Source: Cyanidioschyzon merolae (lineage: Eukaryota). Taken from it: 64,000 nt of DNA. Under the pieces are notes generated by a model that was not told the DNA's origin, made no database searches, and worked only from the letters and a program-made list of their open reading frames with translations. Positions 19,714-32,840 of the stretch are shown here, piece by piece (the first letter of the stretch is position 1; every line of letters begins with the position of its first letter). The stretch is taken from assembly GCA_000091205.1 (NCBI GenBank), contig AP006483.2; one strand, written 5' to 3'. Both the position numbers and the translations under genes were made by a program.

Positions 19714-21703
19714 TCAGAATTTGTTTTCTGAACTGAACACACACTCTCGAAGACGCGCTTTCAGATGCTCGAAGGATTCCCTTTCATCGCGAACCTGTCT
19801 TACGAGTCGGTACCAGCGACTCGGAGCGGAGTCGGGTGATTCCATGGACGCTTGTGATTGCGGATCATTCGGGGACTGGCGATTTTCCGCTGGTAACGCC
19901 CCAGCAAAGCCCCACGAGGCAGCACAGCGCGTTTGCTGCGGCCAAAGCGTTGCAGGAACGAGCATATCCGCTGCCCCAAGCTCCGTTAAATGACGCACAA
20001 CCCAGCCCGCCAGCTGCGTTTGCAAATAGAACGATTCATGCTGCTGGTTTGCGTCTGTCATGGTAGCTTGCAGGGTCGTTACGCACTGCTCTGTGATCGT
20101 TGCGATTTGATAACATGTCTCCGCGTGGCGCGAGTTCGTTCGGACATCGGCCCAGCGTCGAAGCGCACTGGCCCAGCTCGCCCAGCGTGAGGCAATACCC
20201 GCAACGCCACTTGCGGTGAAGCTGGTGTCTGTGGGCGCGTCACGAGTCGATTCCGCAGCCACCGTTGGCACATCCGTCTCACTCAGCTTGAGAAGCACAA
20301 TCGAGAGCGGTAGCATCGGCATTGGCTCAGAAATACAGGGGAATGAGATGCACTGGGTTTGGAACCAGTCCCACAGAATGTCGAAAGAAACGTTTTGTGT
20401 ATGGCGGACAGCAAAACATGCAAAGGCAGATTTGCGGTTCTCGTACACGAGCACTGTATCGTGCAAATGTTTTGTGCACGAAATACCCTCAGGCGTTGCT
20501 CTCTTTGTCGTCATTGCTGACGTTGGTGTTGGTGTTGTCGTCGCCAGTGGCGATAGCATCATGAGCACCACCAGCGGGAATCGTCGTTGGCGCGCAAAAT
20601 CCGTGGACATCTCGGTCGCTTTCGATCGAATCACTTGTTTGAGCGGAGACGCGCACACTGATGGTGCGTCACCGCGCACCACGGCCAGCAGACCAGCCAG
20701 GTTATCGGGACACATGTTCCCTGGCAAAACAAGCTGCAGCTGTTGCCGCTGATGCTGCGCATACGACTCGGAATCATCTTGCTCGTTGCATCGGATACAG
20801 AGGTCCTGACAGAGTCCTTGGACGAGGTCTTTGCACACAATGTCGTGCGGGGGCCACCAGACACCAATCCGCAGGTCTCCTGCTAGGGATGATGCCAGAC
20901 GCAGTACCGCGAAGGTCTCAGGTGGCGGCGCAGTTTGCTGCACGCGCGGGCTTGTTGATGGATGCTCGGGCGCTGCAGCGGCCGCGACCGGCGGTAACGG
21001 CAGCGACACTAAACGAGTCAGCGGACTGGGGCGAAGTACCAGCTCTTGTACGAGGCGATCACGAAGCAGGCGTTGTGTCTGTGCGATGGTGGCTTCTTCA
21101 CGGAGCTTGGAAGCCGCCTGGACCGCACGCTCAACAGCGCTTTGATACGCAGCGATTTGGCGGAGTAGGCGGTTGATTCGTGGGCCAACCTCTGAAGCCG
21201 GTCGACTAGCTGCGCTCAGTTGCGCAGCAGTCTGTTTGAGCTGACCCAAAACATGATGTGTTTGCTCTAGACGTGATTCGAGCTCGGTCAATTGCTCCCA
21301 GAAAGATGATGGTAGTGCGCCACCACGCTCACGCAGATTTTGCGCAAGATATCGTTCTAGCATGAGACCAGCGAGCACCAAGTACTCGATGGCATAGGCG
21401 GGCTCGTGGCGCGCCAGGAGCCACTGCGCATCCAATTGTTCCAGGGCTGCTTCGACTTGCTCATCGTGTGCTGCTTCCATTCGCACCAGAGCAGCGCCCG
21501 TGGGCGGTATGGGCGGCGGCATTGCCGTCACCGGGCGCTCGCGTGGCACGTCACTTGGTGCGAGGGTTTTGTCATCGACAGCCACCGAGGAGTGCTCCAG
21601 CCCAGACTCGCGCCCTGTTGGCGTTGCTCGCGTCTGGTGTGGTGTCATCAGTGCTGGGATCGCTTCAATAGGCGCTCTCTGGACGGCATCCGAGGCCATT
21701 TCT

Positions 21704-21742
<39 letters not shown>

Positions 21743-24516
21743 TCTGTAGCCTGCCTTTGAGCCTTGTTGTCGAACTGAAAAGACGCGGGCGCTGGCTTCG
21801 TAGGCGGCACGATTCCTGTCTGCCCTGTTGACGACCATGGCGAGCGTGCAACCGCACGCTCCGATACCTCCTCCGGCCGTATGGTGCGTTGCGAGGTCGG
21901 TCCCATCACCGCTGCGGCAGCTTGTACTGGAGCGTTCACAGCTGCCGTAGCAACTGCGTTCCATTCGCGCCGCCGGCTGCCTTCAGCTGCAGCTGGCTGT
22001 TGCGCATCCGCGGCATAGGCGTCTGCGGCAGAAACTTTGCCTCCTCCACTGATAGACGCCGTCGGGGTGTTGGTCCCAGTTTGGAGCAGCAGCGGCCGCG
22101 CATCCTGCAACCTCTGCGCTCGTTCCGAGTCGTGCACGTCTCGGTCAACACCAGCAGTACATTCATGCATCTGGGGCGTTCCGACTTGTGAGCCAAATGC
22201 TACCGGCTCTTTTGTTGCTGCTTCCGGAGATGGACGCGGTTCGAGAAGCGATTGCGCGTTGCGGACACATGCAGTTGGCAAGTCCACCGAGATGCCGTTG
22301 CCACTGCCGCTGCCGCTGCTGCTGCTCGCCATCTCGTTACGAGGGCATGCGTCCGACCACTTTTCGCCACCAGCAGCGCCAGGCACGCCGCTTCTCAACT
22401 CCACGCTCATCTGATGCGAATCGCTTCTATCCTGAGAAAACGGCGCCGAGTTCGCCGTTGCAGGCACGGCCACGTGCGGGTCTTTGGAAGCCACTTGTCG
22501 TTCGGAACGCTGTCTGGCGAGCTCAGCAGCTATACGCTCCCGCAAACACTGCTCCCGGGATGCGGGCGGCACCTTGCCTTGGATAATTTCACTGGGTTTG
22601 AGGCCCAGCGCCTTGCGTTCGACACAACGCTGGCCTACGAACCAGTAGAGCGGTCGCAAGGTCGCCTGTGTGGCGTCGGCTGTCTTTGCACGCAGTCTGG
22701 ACACGTGTGGCTCCAGTGTCGCAAGCGCGACGCTGTCACCGTCGACGGTAACGTGCAAGTCGCAGCTCCGCAGGAATGCTGCTGCATCGTCATCATCATC
22801 AAAGGCAAGCAACGACACCAGCGCGCTGAGAGGCCATACTTCCTGACGTGCTGCGGCACGAGCCAACTGCTCCAGCGCCCACAGCCGCATCATACCAAAG
22901 TGCCGATGCATCATACACGCTTGGAGGAAGGAGACTTGCGCGAGCAATCGACCGAAAAACGCCTGAAAATCGCCAGCTTGACGAGCCCGAATCACTTGCA
23001 GTGCAAGCTGAACTTGCTCACTGTGCAGTGTCTCCGGATCGAGTTCGCGCAGGATCTGGATGACGGCGTCGTTGCGGTTCTGGAGTAATAGATAGTACGC
23101 CTCAAACTCGCTTCGATGGGCACTTACAGAACGACCCTGTCGAGCGGCTTCTCGATAGAGGTGACAAAGCGCTAATAAACATTTGTCAAGCTGCTCCATA
23201 TTCTGTTTTGAGGAGAAGACCTCTGGTCCAGTGACGGCCAATCGATACTCGGCGAGGATGTGAAAGCGTACGCACTGCTCATGCACCCAGGCACAGTTGG
23301 TGTCATAGATACCCTGGTACGTGAAATCCTGTCGAATACTGCGTGTTCGATCCCGTAAGAACGCGTAGACTTCGTGAAATGGAACATCTTCACGATCCAC
23401 AATATGCTGCAACAGGTATTCCATTGTCTGACGCAACACGTGCGGTGGGCGCACTTGTTCCGGACGCACGGCTTCTGCACCGGCAGCCGGTCGCGCAAAC
23501 TTTTTCACCATGAGTTGTGGGTTCGGCTCGAGGGTGCGCTCCGGGTTCAAACTCATTTCGAGAACATGCACGTCACGTTGCATCCGACGTTGGTGTTGCT
23601 CCTCCAGGGGACACATCATCAGGCAGGTACCCAGGAGCGCAGGTTGCGCATCCAGCGGCAACGGCAGCGCAGTGGATGCGCTGCTCCCAGCCTGTTGCTG
23701 AGAGTCTCCGTGCTCCCCAGAAGCGAACACGGGCTCCCGATGCTTCGTCCAGGGATCGGTTGTGGAACGAGCGTTTGGTGGCAGGGCGTCGCTTCGGAGG
23801 GTCTCGTCGTGCTGAGCATTCAGGTCTTCATGATGGGCGTCACTGTGTGCAGTGGTTGTTGCGGGCATCGATGCTTGAAAAACACTGATACGCTGCTCTG
23901 GAAACGTACCGACAGTGGAAGCTGTTCGTGATGCGGTTTCCCAAGTCTCGTTCAACGTCCCGGGTAGTGCTTGATATCCACTGGTCTGGGTCGGCGGCGG
24001 GAAAGCGGCAGCTTCTGTGGTCGAACGAGTTATCGACTGCAGGGATGATTTGGCGGCGTTGACAGATGCTCCTGCTGACGTTCCCGTACGCTCTTCGGGA
24101 ATCATCGCTGGTCCGAATGCGTTCTGAGGAGGATACGCAGCTTGCCAGCGCTGCAGGGACGCTCGTGCTGCAGGCGGGATATAGTAACGAAGGCGAAAGT
24201 TCGGTCGGTTTCCCAGCGCAGAGGTGGTCGTGTTGGGAGCCTTACGAAGCGCTGCAGCTGCAGCTCTTTGCGTCTGAAACTCTATGAGCGCGCTCCGTTT
24301 CTGCGGACGCACCTGCACGCGGGTCACTTGTTTGGGTACCACCTGTTCGAAGTATGTGCGAAGGCGCTCTTCATCGCAGTACGCTTCAGGGCACTGGAGC
24401 AGCAGCAGTGTCCGGCCACGGTACCGCACCTGTCCGGTTGGCGAGAGGTAGATCTGACCTTCATCGGGTAGCGCTTCGAGTACTTTGCTTCTTTCGTGGA
24501 ACTCAGCGGTGTCCAT
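19714..24516 (-). CDS. SAC3/GANP-domain protein (TREX-2 / MCM3AP-like mRNA export factor), 1600 aa
   Basis: SAC3/GANP core CPLEEQHQRRMQRDV...NPQLMVKKFARPAAG...VLRQTMEYLLQHIVDRE...VYAFLRDRTRSIRQDFTYQG...CVRFHILAEYRL. RRM-like N-terminus, long low-complexity regions, poly-Ala (CAG/GCT)n tract. TGA stop at 19714-19716. Confidence 0.65.
21705..21740. repeat. (CAG)12 trinucleotide repeat (poly-Ala on the coding minus strand of the SAC3-domain gene)
   Basis: cagcagcagcagcagcagcagcagcagcagcagcag. Confidence 0.8.
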
Positions 24517-27413
24517 AGGCTTGCTGCCGGCAAGTCCTCTCCCGGTACGAACAGCCGCGCTTCAAGCGCAGTGCTCGCTCGTGAGTTGAGAAGCTTCCTC
24601 CTGGATTCAGCTGTAAACCTCAGCGTCGCAGACACGGAAGCAGCAGTATGCTGCAAGTGCGCAAGGCAGTCCAGAGAAGTTGGATGTTCCTCGGTGTCCT
24701 ACGCGGGGCCGTGTGGAGCTGCCCTGGCACTCGACCATTCGCCTCGGGGACCCGGAGCGTCCGACCTACAACTTCCCGTCTTCTAAACTAAACCAGTACG
24801 GTGCGGTACGAAGTGAACGCGTAGCACCAGACGCTCAAAGCACGAACCAGTGGTGGCACGTGGAAGAACGCTTCTTCATGACCGTAACAACGGCAAACGC
24901 AAGTCTGCGTTGCTGGATGCGCTAGCGGTGTTGGTTTCTGGACTTGTCGCCGGTAACGCGCGGTTGCACTAGTGACAACGTCTCTTGAGCGAAATGGCCT
25001 GCTCTGGGACAAGCCAGCTTTGATGCCTGATAGCTAGAAGCTTGCTTCAGCTGTGAGCGTTCCGGGAACGGGCGTCCCAGCTCCGGCTTCTGACCAGCTG
25101 GCCGAGAACTTGCTTCGAAGCGAGCAGGACTCGTCGTCGGCGTTGCATTCGTTATGATCGAAATCAGTCGAGCGAAACAGAATCTACACGAAGGAACCGC
25201 CTTGTATGATACTATCACTCGCGACGTGTTGCTATGGAGCAGACGCTGGTGCACGCTCTAACGAGGCGCTCGTTCGTTTGTTGCGTCTCGAACCAGGGGA
25301 AACGAGAACATTGACTCGTAGACTCGCTAGTCTCCGATAGGGACACCTCACTTCCTGCCAAGTTGCAACATATCGCGCAGCGTATTCTAGCGGCTGCTCG
25401 TGAGCGAGCTCCTTGGCTACTTGTTGCGAACGCACTGAGTGGAAGCGCGTCGAGCCTCGGCGTGTACCTCGTCAAGAACGTTGTTTTGTGATGTTGCTGA
25501 CAAGCTTCACCGGTTTATGAACCGAATTCGCTGCGTGGCACCTGCCCATTGTTGCAACGCCAAAGAGGGAGCACGGGCTGGGGACAACCTTCGAGGAGCA
25601 CGTCCCGCTGCGGGAGTGTTCAGCGTATCTGCTCACCGCCAGGTGCAGATACAGCTGCAGTCGCTTCCTGTTGTCGGTCGCAAGTGACAGAATTTACACC
25701 TGAATGATATCGCGCAGATGATCGCATGATCCTTTTTCTGCCAATACGGTGACATGGGTACTCCACTAGCGTTCTGTAGCATTCCTAGACCCGAGCGTAT
25801 TCCATTCGCGTTCACTGCTTCGATGGTATGGAGCGACTCGTATACGACACATATACGTCACCTATACACATGCTGTGTCGCTACATGTCATCCACACAGT
25901 ACCGCAGAGCGCCCACTGCAGCCGCATTCGGATACGTGTAGGCTGTGGGTGTCGGGCGTTGCCTGGAGGGCGTGAGTTCGCCAGATCGCTCTTGAGCTAG
26001 TCGACTTTGGTATTGGGCATCATCGGATGCTGGAATGGAGCCTTCTGTGGTGACCAGTTCGTTTCTCCTACGTGACCCAAGAAGGCGCTCATCGTTTCGA
26101 ACGGTAAGCGGTCAGAGGAGAAGGCAAAAACTGATACCGATGCACACTCGGGCACCTTGCTCTACGAACTGCGTGGCGGCCTCGATCCATCGAGCAGCTC
26201 AGCGGTGCATCGATCTGCAGCAAGTGCAGCGGATGATACCGGTGCTGCGTATCGAGACCAACGCCTCTAGAGCAGTTCGATAACGGAATCGGGTCGAAAG
26301 CAATCTTTCCAGGAGGCCAGCGCTCAGCTAGTGTGCACGCTCATACTGGAAGCTGTTGGAGTGCTTTTTGGATTCGTCGCGGGCGATAAGCGTTTGCGAA
26401 GCGTGTGCGTCAGAGCAGCAAACAGACCCAGCCGGATAGCGGCAAATACAAGCGATATCTAATGAATGGAGTGCCTTAGGTGCCGGTGCGGTGCGAGAGC
26501 ATTCGCGAGTCTCGTGGAAACAACAGAGGAAGAGCGCAGCTGCAACTTTCGTGGCAACTGCTGCACAGACGGCTGCTTCCGATTCCATGACCCATAACCA
26601 CTGCGATAGGTGATGCATATGAGTTGCTGCAGCCGCCTCAGCGTAAAAGAGTGCCACCTGGTTGCAGCGCGCTTGCGGTGCATGCATCAGTCGTGCTCAA
26701 CGCTGCGCTTCTAGTCCGAGCATCGCGCGTCATCTACAGGCCTGTTCGTTGGACTAGCATCCGCCCCTACCCGCGGGGTATCGATACAGATGGTGCATTG
26801 AACTTTCGTCGTGATCATTCGAACGACGGATCTGATTTCCCTCAATTTCTTCGTGGATGACAAGGCTGCTTTCTATCCGCCGCATTCGCAAGCGCGTCTT
26901 CCTCCCAAACTCTTGACGCAGCGAGTTCGCATTAGCCTTGATCCGCCATTGCAACGCTCGAATATCCGATCCAGAAAGCGGTGTTTTGAATACTCGAGCC
27001 GTGTGTGCTTCCCGAACATTCGAGCTGTTTTCGTCAAGAGCAGCGATCCGGAGAGGTAGCATGGCCCTGGTCAGGACTCCACGGCCCACATCGCGCACGT
27101 GACGTACAACTTTGGTGCACTGACCAGCGCTGTCGTCTTGCGCAAAGCATTCGACGCACCATGCACATCGTCTGCAACTCGCCGCGGCTTGCAGCGAATA
27201 AGAAAGGCACGGTTGCGTCAACCTTACCGACGATGCAGGCATCTACCCAGCGAAGATCGTGCAGCGCATGGTCGCTGCGTGATTGGCTCCCAGGAATGCT
27301 ATGATGGAAGCGTACCAAACTTTTGCGATGCCAGGAGCGCACTGATACCAACGTTGTGACGGATCTCGCCAAATGCAAACTCAACGTTTGCAGCTCCGAC
27401 GTTCGCCTCTGCT

Positions 27414-28052
27414 CTAGGGAATGGTCTCGAACGGAGCAGTGTCGCGATAACATGGTTCAAATGCACGTTCTACGGCGTCTCGAGCTTCTGCTTCACTACA
27501 GTTGCGGTTCATTTTGACGCTCATTTCGGCTCTGCGCTTGATGCAACGACGGAACTGCCCGCCGATGCGAAAATGGCTACGAGCGACTTCACGGAGCCAG
27601 TCGCAATCACCGCTGAGTGCAGCGGCTCGAATCTCACTGCAGGCATGGTGGACGCAGTTGCTCCAGTCCAAATATGCCCTACACTGATCGTAGGCGTGAA
27701 TAAGTTCGTGGACTAGCGTCGTCGATGTCATTGACTGCGACTGCAAATGATTGGCACACAGGATGACGGTGCCATCGTCCTGGAAGCCACCGCCAACAGC
27801 GGCCTCACAGTGGCGACAGCAGATCCGAGAAGACAACTTCTCCGCGGCACCGGGCTCCAAGGACTGCACCCCGGGCGAAGGCGGCGTTCCCGTCTGTTCA
27901 ACGAACACTGGGCACCCGGCCTCGCGGAGCGCTCTCACCATGAACTGCACAGTCGGGTTCGAATGAACTGCTCGTTGCACGAACTTTTCGCATCGCTCGA
28001 GATCGGCCGTATTTCCAACTCCTTGGTCCTCGATTTGCGCTTCAACAACCAT
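27414..28052 (-). CDS. ATP23: Mitochondrial inner membrane protease ATP23 (peptidase M76)
   Basis: ...CEKFVQRAVHSNPTVQFMVRAL...GGGFQDDGTVILCANHL...HELIHAYDQCRAYLDWSNCVHHACSEIRAAALSGDCDW...CYRDTAPFETIP matches the ATP23 family including the HExxH motif. TAG stop at the expected C-terminus. Start may be further upstream (ORF open to 28232). Confidence 0.75.
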   Translation of the reverse strand: MVVEAQIEDQGVGNTADLERCEKFVQRAVHSNPTVQFMVRALREAGCPVFVEQTGTPPSPGVQSLEPGAAEKLSSRICCRHCEAAVGGGFQDDGTVILCANHLQSQSMTSTTLVHELIHAYDQCRAYLDWSNCVHHACSEIRAAALSGDCDWLREVARSHFRIGGQFRRCIKRRAEMSVKMNRNCSEAEARDAVERAFEPCYRDTAPFETIP

Positions 28053-28877
28053 GATCAGGGAGACAAAAAGCTTGTGACAGATTGCTCTGCCAGTGCGCTT
28101 CCTGTTTGGGTCTATGGCACTGCGATTCGCTGCCTGGTCGCAAAAAAGTAAGCAGCGACAACGTCCTTGTTTGAACGTTCTAAGCGGCACTGCACAGTCT
28201 TCCAAGCACCTTGAATAGTCGGCACCGAACACAGCGTCCTGGTAAAGACCTGTTCTGTTTTACGTGCCCTTCTACCGCTAGTCAGAGCCCGTCGACGTGT
28301 CTTCGCAGTGAGCCGGAGTTCAGTTAAAGCTGTTTTCTAGAGCGTATTCCTTGACCTGGGACTCAGACTTGTCCAATATAGTGTAGCAAGCCCTCTTCGC
28401 CGTGCACTTTTTCCGACGACTCGAAAAGCGAATGCCACCGCAACAGCTGCTGCAGTTCGGCGTCGACGACGCTCCCGAGGCGCCCGGCTCGAGTTTCACA
28501 GTGCAGCGTACGCCCTTTGAATAACGACACACTTTCGTGCACCCAGTCTCCACTTGATCGAGCGGGAAGTCGCCCACTCGGCGAAGACTAGACGACAAGC
28601 GCTGCCCGTACAAGTCGCTTCGTGCGCCCAGGTCAATGGAGCGATGCGGTGCGGAGACAGGTTGCAAGAAACTACAACAAATAGGACATAAATGTATTAA
28701 AATGCCCTGTCGTTTGGAAAGACTCGCTGTCCATCGTCGAGGCTCGTTGAAGCGATTTGCGGACGTACTACAGCACTGTAGACAAGTTGCTTTCAGGAGA
28801 CACTCGGTTCGAGAGTTGAAAGCAATCGCCGCGTGCGAGATATGGTGTGAGTCTAGACGAGGCTGCGGACTCTGCTG

Positions 28878-29672
28878 ATGCTGTCCACAAACAATGATCC
28901 GTTTTATCGTTTCAAAGCTAGCGTGGAGCAGCAGTTGACTGCGCTCGAGACAAGCTTACGACAGACGAGTCCCAACGGCTTTGGGCTTGAACTCGCTTCT
29001 CATGATGGCTCGCTATCAGTCGACGGATCTTCCAACTTTGAGGCTAGCAAGGCGAAACTGAAAGAGAATCTGCGAGAGCTTTCCGAAACCGTTCGTGTTG
29101 TTCGAGGCAACCGCGAACGTTTCCCTATAACGGACGCGGAGCTTGCCGAACGAGAGCACGCCATTCATGAACTCTGGCAGCGACTCGACGCTTTGGAGTT
29201 GTCAGGAAAACAACCTGCTGTAGTGGACTCTCTTTTCTCCGCGCGACCTGGGTCGCGCTCGCGTCAGCGAGACACGGAGCCGTTTGCGAGCACCGCGTCG
29301 ACCGGACGACCCCTGGACTACGCAGCACAAAAGGCAGCGCACCGAATTGAGCGCGAAAATGAGGTATTTTTGGATCAAGAGCAAAAAGAGCAGCGAGTTT
29401 TGATCGAACAACAGGATCAGGACTTGGAAGATATGTTGTCTGTCGTGAAGAGGCTCGGCGATATGGGTCTGGCGATCCGAAGTGAGGCTTTGCGGCACGT
29501 TGAACGCATCGATGCAGTCGATTCGAGCATGAGCGCAGTCCAGTCTCGCTTCAGGCAAGTACAGTCCCGCTTGGAGTCGCTTATTCAGGAGACGGGACGG
29601 GAACGTTTATGTTCCTTGCTGGGACTGTTTGCGGTATTCGTTGTTCTGCTATTGTTGGTACTCTATACCTAG
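28878..29672 (+). CDS. Qc-SNARE of the syntaxin-6/Tlg1 family
   Basis: N-terminal helical domain, SNARE motif IEQQDQDLEDMLSVVKRLGDMGLAIRSEALRHVERIDAVDSSMSAVQSRFRQVQSRL, then a C-terminal TM anchor LLGLFAVFVVLLLLVLYT. TAG stop directly after the TM segment. Confidence 0.75.
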   Translation: MLSTNNDPFYRFKASVEQQLTALETSLRQTSPNGFGLELASHDGSLSVDGSSNFEASKAKLKENLRELSETVRVVRGNRERFPITDAELAEREHAIHELWQRLDALELSGKQPAVVDSLFSARPGSRSRQRDTEPFASTASTGRPLDYAAQKAAHRIERENEVFLDQEQKEQRVLIEQQDQDLEDMLSVVKRLGDMGLAIRSEALRHVERIDAVDSSMSAVQSRFRQVQSRLESLIQETGRERLCSLLGLFAVFVVLLLLVLYT

Positions 29673-30273
29673 CAATTGGCAACTGACAAGTTAGGACAAT
29701 GGAAATTGCGTCATGTCCACGATCTTTGGTTCGAAACTTGTCTGGAAGCCTAAGGTCTCGCATAGCGGAAGCGATCGAGACGGCGGCTGGGTGCTCTCAG
29801 GGTATTCGGCACGTCGTAGCATAGGACATGAGCACCATGTTATGCGAGGCGTGAACCACGAGTGCATCAACTGCTGACGTCGGGTTACCGTTGGCCTCGC
29901 AGGACCCCAGCGTTAGCTGCTTTGAGCGATCGCATACGAACCATTCCCAATGGATATCAGGATACATGACTGGAGAGAAGCCATCTGGACACCGAGGAAC
30001 GCTCGTTACCCTCGGTGTCATTAGTAGTTGCCGGCTTGGTGAATAATGCACATGTGTGGGTCCAAAGTCTCCTGGCGCTCTCAGCGAAGTCAGCAAGACT
30101 CCCGCGAACAATAGCACTATGCTTACAATCATGACACGAAAACGCTGCACGGTCAGTCCGTCGACAGCATTTCACAGCACCAGCGTCGAGTGCCAGCTCG
30201 TGCGCCCATGCGTCCAACAGGGCAGCGACAGGGCGAGGCGCTTACTGCGCCAGCCGTCGTCTCCGACGCCACC

Positions 30274-30520
30274 ACTAGTATTCGTAATATTTGCGACACC
30301 AAGCTAGCGCCATAGAGACAACTTCGCAGTGTAATGCGTTGGTCAGGTGCAGCGGTTTCGCACGCCCACTGAAGGCATCGCTGCAGCGGGTTGCAACAAC
30401 TAGTATTTGTAATATTAGCGACACCAAGCTAGCGCCATAGAGACAACTTCACAGTGTAATGCGTTGGTCAGGTGCAGCGGTTGCGCATGCCCACTGAAGG
30501 CATCGCTGCAGCGGGTTGCA
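30274..30520. repeat. Tandem direct duplication, 2 x ~125 bp, ~95% identical
   Basis: actagtattcgtaatatttgcgacaccaagctagcgccatagagacaacttcgcagtgtaatgcgttggtcaggtgcagcggtttcgcacgcccactgaaggcatcgctgcagcgggttgcaac repeated from 30399 with a few substitutions. Confidence 0.7.
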
Positions 30521-32840
30521 GCACGCGCGCGCTAGGATCATGTAAAGTTACCAGCGCTCGATGCAGGTGCCATGTGTTACTTTTTTGAGAGCCCTGGTGT
30601 CCGAGTGCACATACAGATTGTAGAGCGCACATCTGGAACCCTGGTTGACGAACCAGGTTTGCTCCCAGACATGGCCACACCAGCGACCCAGGGAAAACGT
30701 GCATGCGACGCATGCGGACGGCCCGGCAAGAGCAGGTGTCAGCGCAGTTGTAGCTGTACGTCGCGGTACCGAACCGACTTGGTATTTCCATGGTGTCCTG
30801 GACGAGGCATCGACACTTGCGTATCAAACGCTCGAATTCATCATTACAACGATCCTCTGTCATGATTCGATCGTTCTGGGTTCAGGTTGTGAGCAGTGTT
30901 CGCACTTACCAGCCCACGCATCGAGAGCGTCTTGCGAAGACCTCTGCATATATGGAGTGATTCATGGCACAGGCTGCGCCCGTGTCAGATGAGCATGGCG
31001 TACCGAAACGCTCGTTCCGATCATGCCTTGTAATTTCCTACCCAATGTGTCGTTCACATCGATAAACTCGACATTCATGTTGGAGCAAGAACGGTTCATC
31101 GAGTCCAATGGTTTTACAGATTTTTTGGACAGAGCTTCTCGACGCCTTGCCACTACAGTTCCTTATGTTACCGTCATCATGATGATCGGCGACGTCCGTG
31201 AGACACAGTTCGTAAAGTAACCAATAGCTTCGTGTGATTCACGCGTACAAGCCTCCACGCTGCTCTCAGTCTCAAACGTAGCATGTTCGAATCAGGTATT
31301 CTCCATGTTTTCTATTTTTATGTTTCAAAACGACTTGGAGGCGCTGCAATGCGCTGCACTCCATGGATGACAATCAGTGACTCGAAGCTGTCCATTGACA
31401 CCTGCATCATAAGCATCATGGCGAAATGCCACAATGCTACTGAAATCAAATAATCGGTTCCGTTCCAGAGACAGATACTCTTTTCTTGGTGTCCGTGGAC
31501 AAAACGGGAATCGACAGCAGCATGATACCCCTCACGAGAAATATGCTCCAAAGCTCCGCTCTCTTCGGTTTGGACGGAACGACGTCTTGCACTCGGACAC
31601 AAGTCACTGCTGCGATTGCCTCCAATGGTGCGTGCGTCACGGCCTGGCAAGACCAGAGCGTAGATGGATTGAAATCGCCCGACTTCAACTCCAGCTTGGA
31701 TATCTCTTCCAGTCCGCGTGTTTATCATGGACAGCATCGCGTTCCATAAACCTCTACTGAATGGCACAGGGCGTGATTGCACATGCAACCGACAGCGTAC
31801 GCACCGAGGGAATCGTCCAAGAAAATTCCGTTTTCGCTAGGGACGGCAGCGGGCGCGATAACGAAGGAACACGTATCCGGGAGCGCCTCCTGTACCCGTC
31901 GGTGGCATGTATCGAACGAGGAAGCGAGCGTTCACACGCCATTTGGGGCACTCCTCAAAGAACCAGGAGGTGCTGCAGACGTAGCGGAAACACCGCATCA
32001 CAGTCTAGTGTTACTCGTGCAAGGAATACACCTGAACGGTCGATATCGAAATGAAAAAATGGAAAGCGACGCGTAGATCGCAACGTCCACCCGAGCCCCA
32101 AACCCATCGACCAATGCTGGATACAGCGATATCGGGACCAGAATCATCCGACCAACATCTTGTGACTGCTGACAACGAACCTCGATCATAAATCAAAGAC
32201 TGACGTGTCTAAGAACGGAGACAAGGAAAAGGCAAATTCGTAGCAGAATCCCTCAAAGCCTTCTGTTGATGACAACTAGGGGAAACCAAAACATTTGTGC
32301 AAACATCAGAGCTAGCGTCTACAATGCCCAGCTGCTGAACGTCAGCATCGGTATAGATCGTATCGAGGCAGCTCTCAGTGTCCATATCCAACACGCTATT
32401 CGCCCCAGCAATCCACAAAAGAAACGAGTCGTTATCCAACCAAGTCCCGCGGGTGCATCTGCATCATCCGATGCGCGATACGCCCGGGCGCGCTCCATCG
32501 CCAGATGCGGCGATGCCAGATGCGGATTCCGCCAGGCGCGCATCGCCGCCAGCCCCTTGAATCCACACCACAGCAACTCGCAGGTACAGGGATGCTGGAC
32601 GCTTTCTTATCAGAGACGAGCTCTGCTTCCGTGAATGTTGCGTCGTGTCTCTAAGCGACAACAAGAGTTCTGCAACGTTCTGACTCTGAGCTCGTATTAT
32701 CGCACGGTACTGTGACTAGACGACTTGACGGGGTAGCGCAGGCTGCATCCGGTGTGACTGCGTGCTTCTCGTGCTGTGTTCGTGGCTGGTCTGGTCACGA
32801 TTCTAGAACTGACTGACGCTGTGTTTGTGTTGTTACGTGC

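Noticed and set aside
30274-30520. Tandem repeats (30274-30520; 62193-62487) as CRISPR arrays
   Set aside because: Eukaryotic context, only 2-4 units, no spacer/repeat alternation and no cas genes; they are simple tandem duplications.
31240-31300. GTTCGAATC motif resembling a tRNA T-loop
   Set aside because: No flanking stems, no A-box or anticodon arm; isolated chance match.
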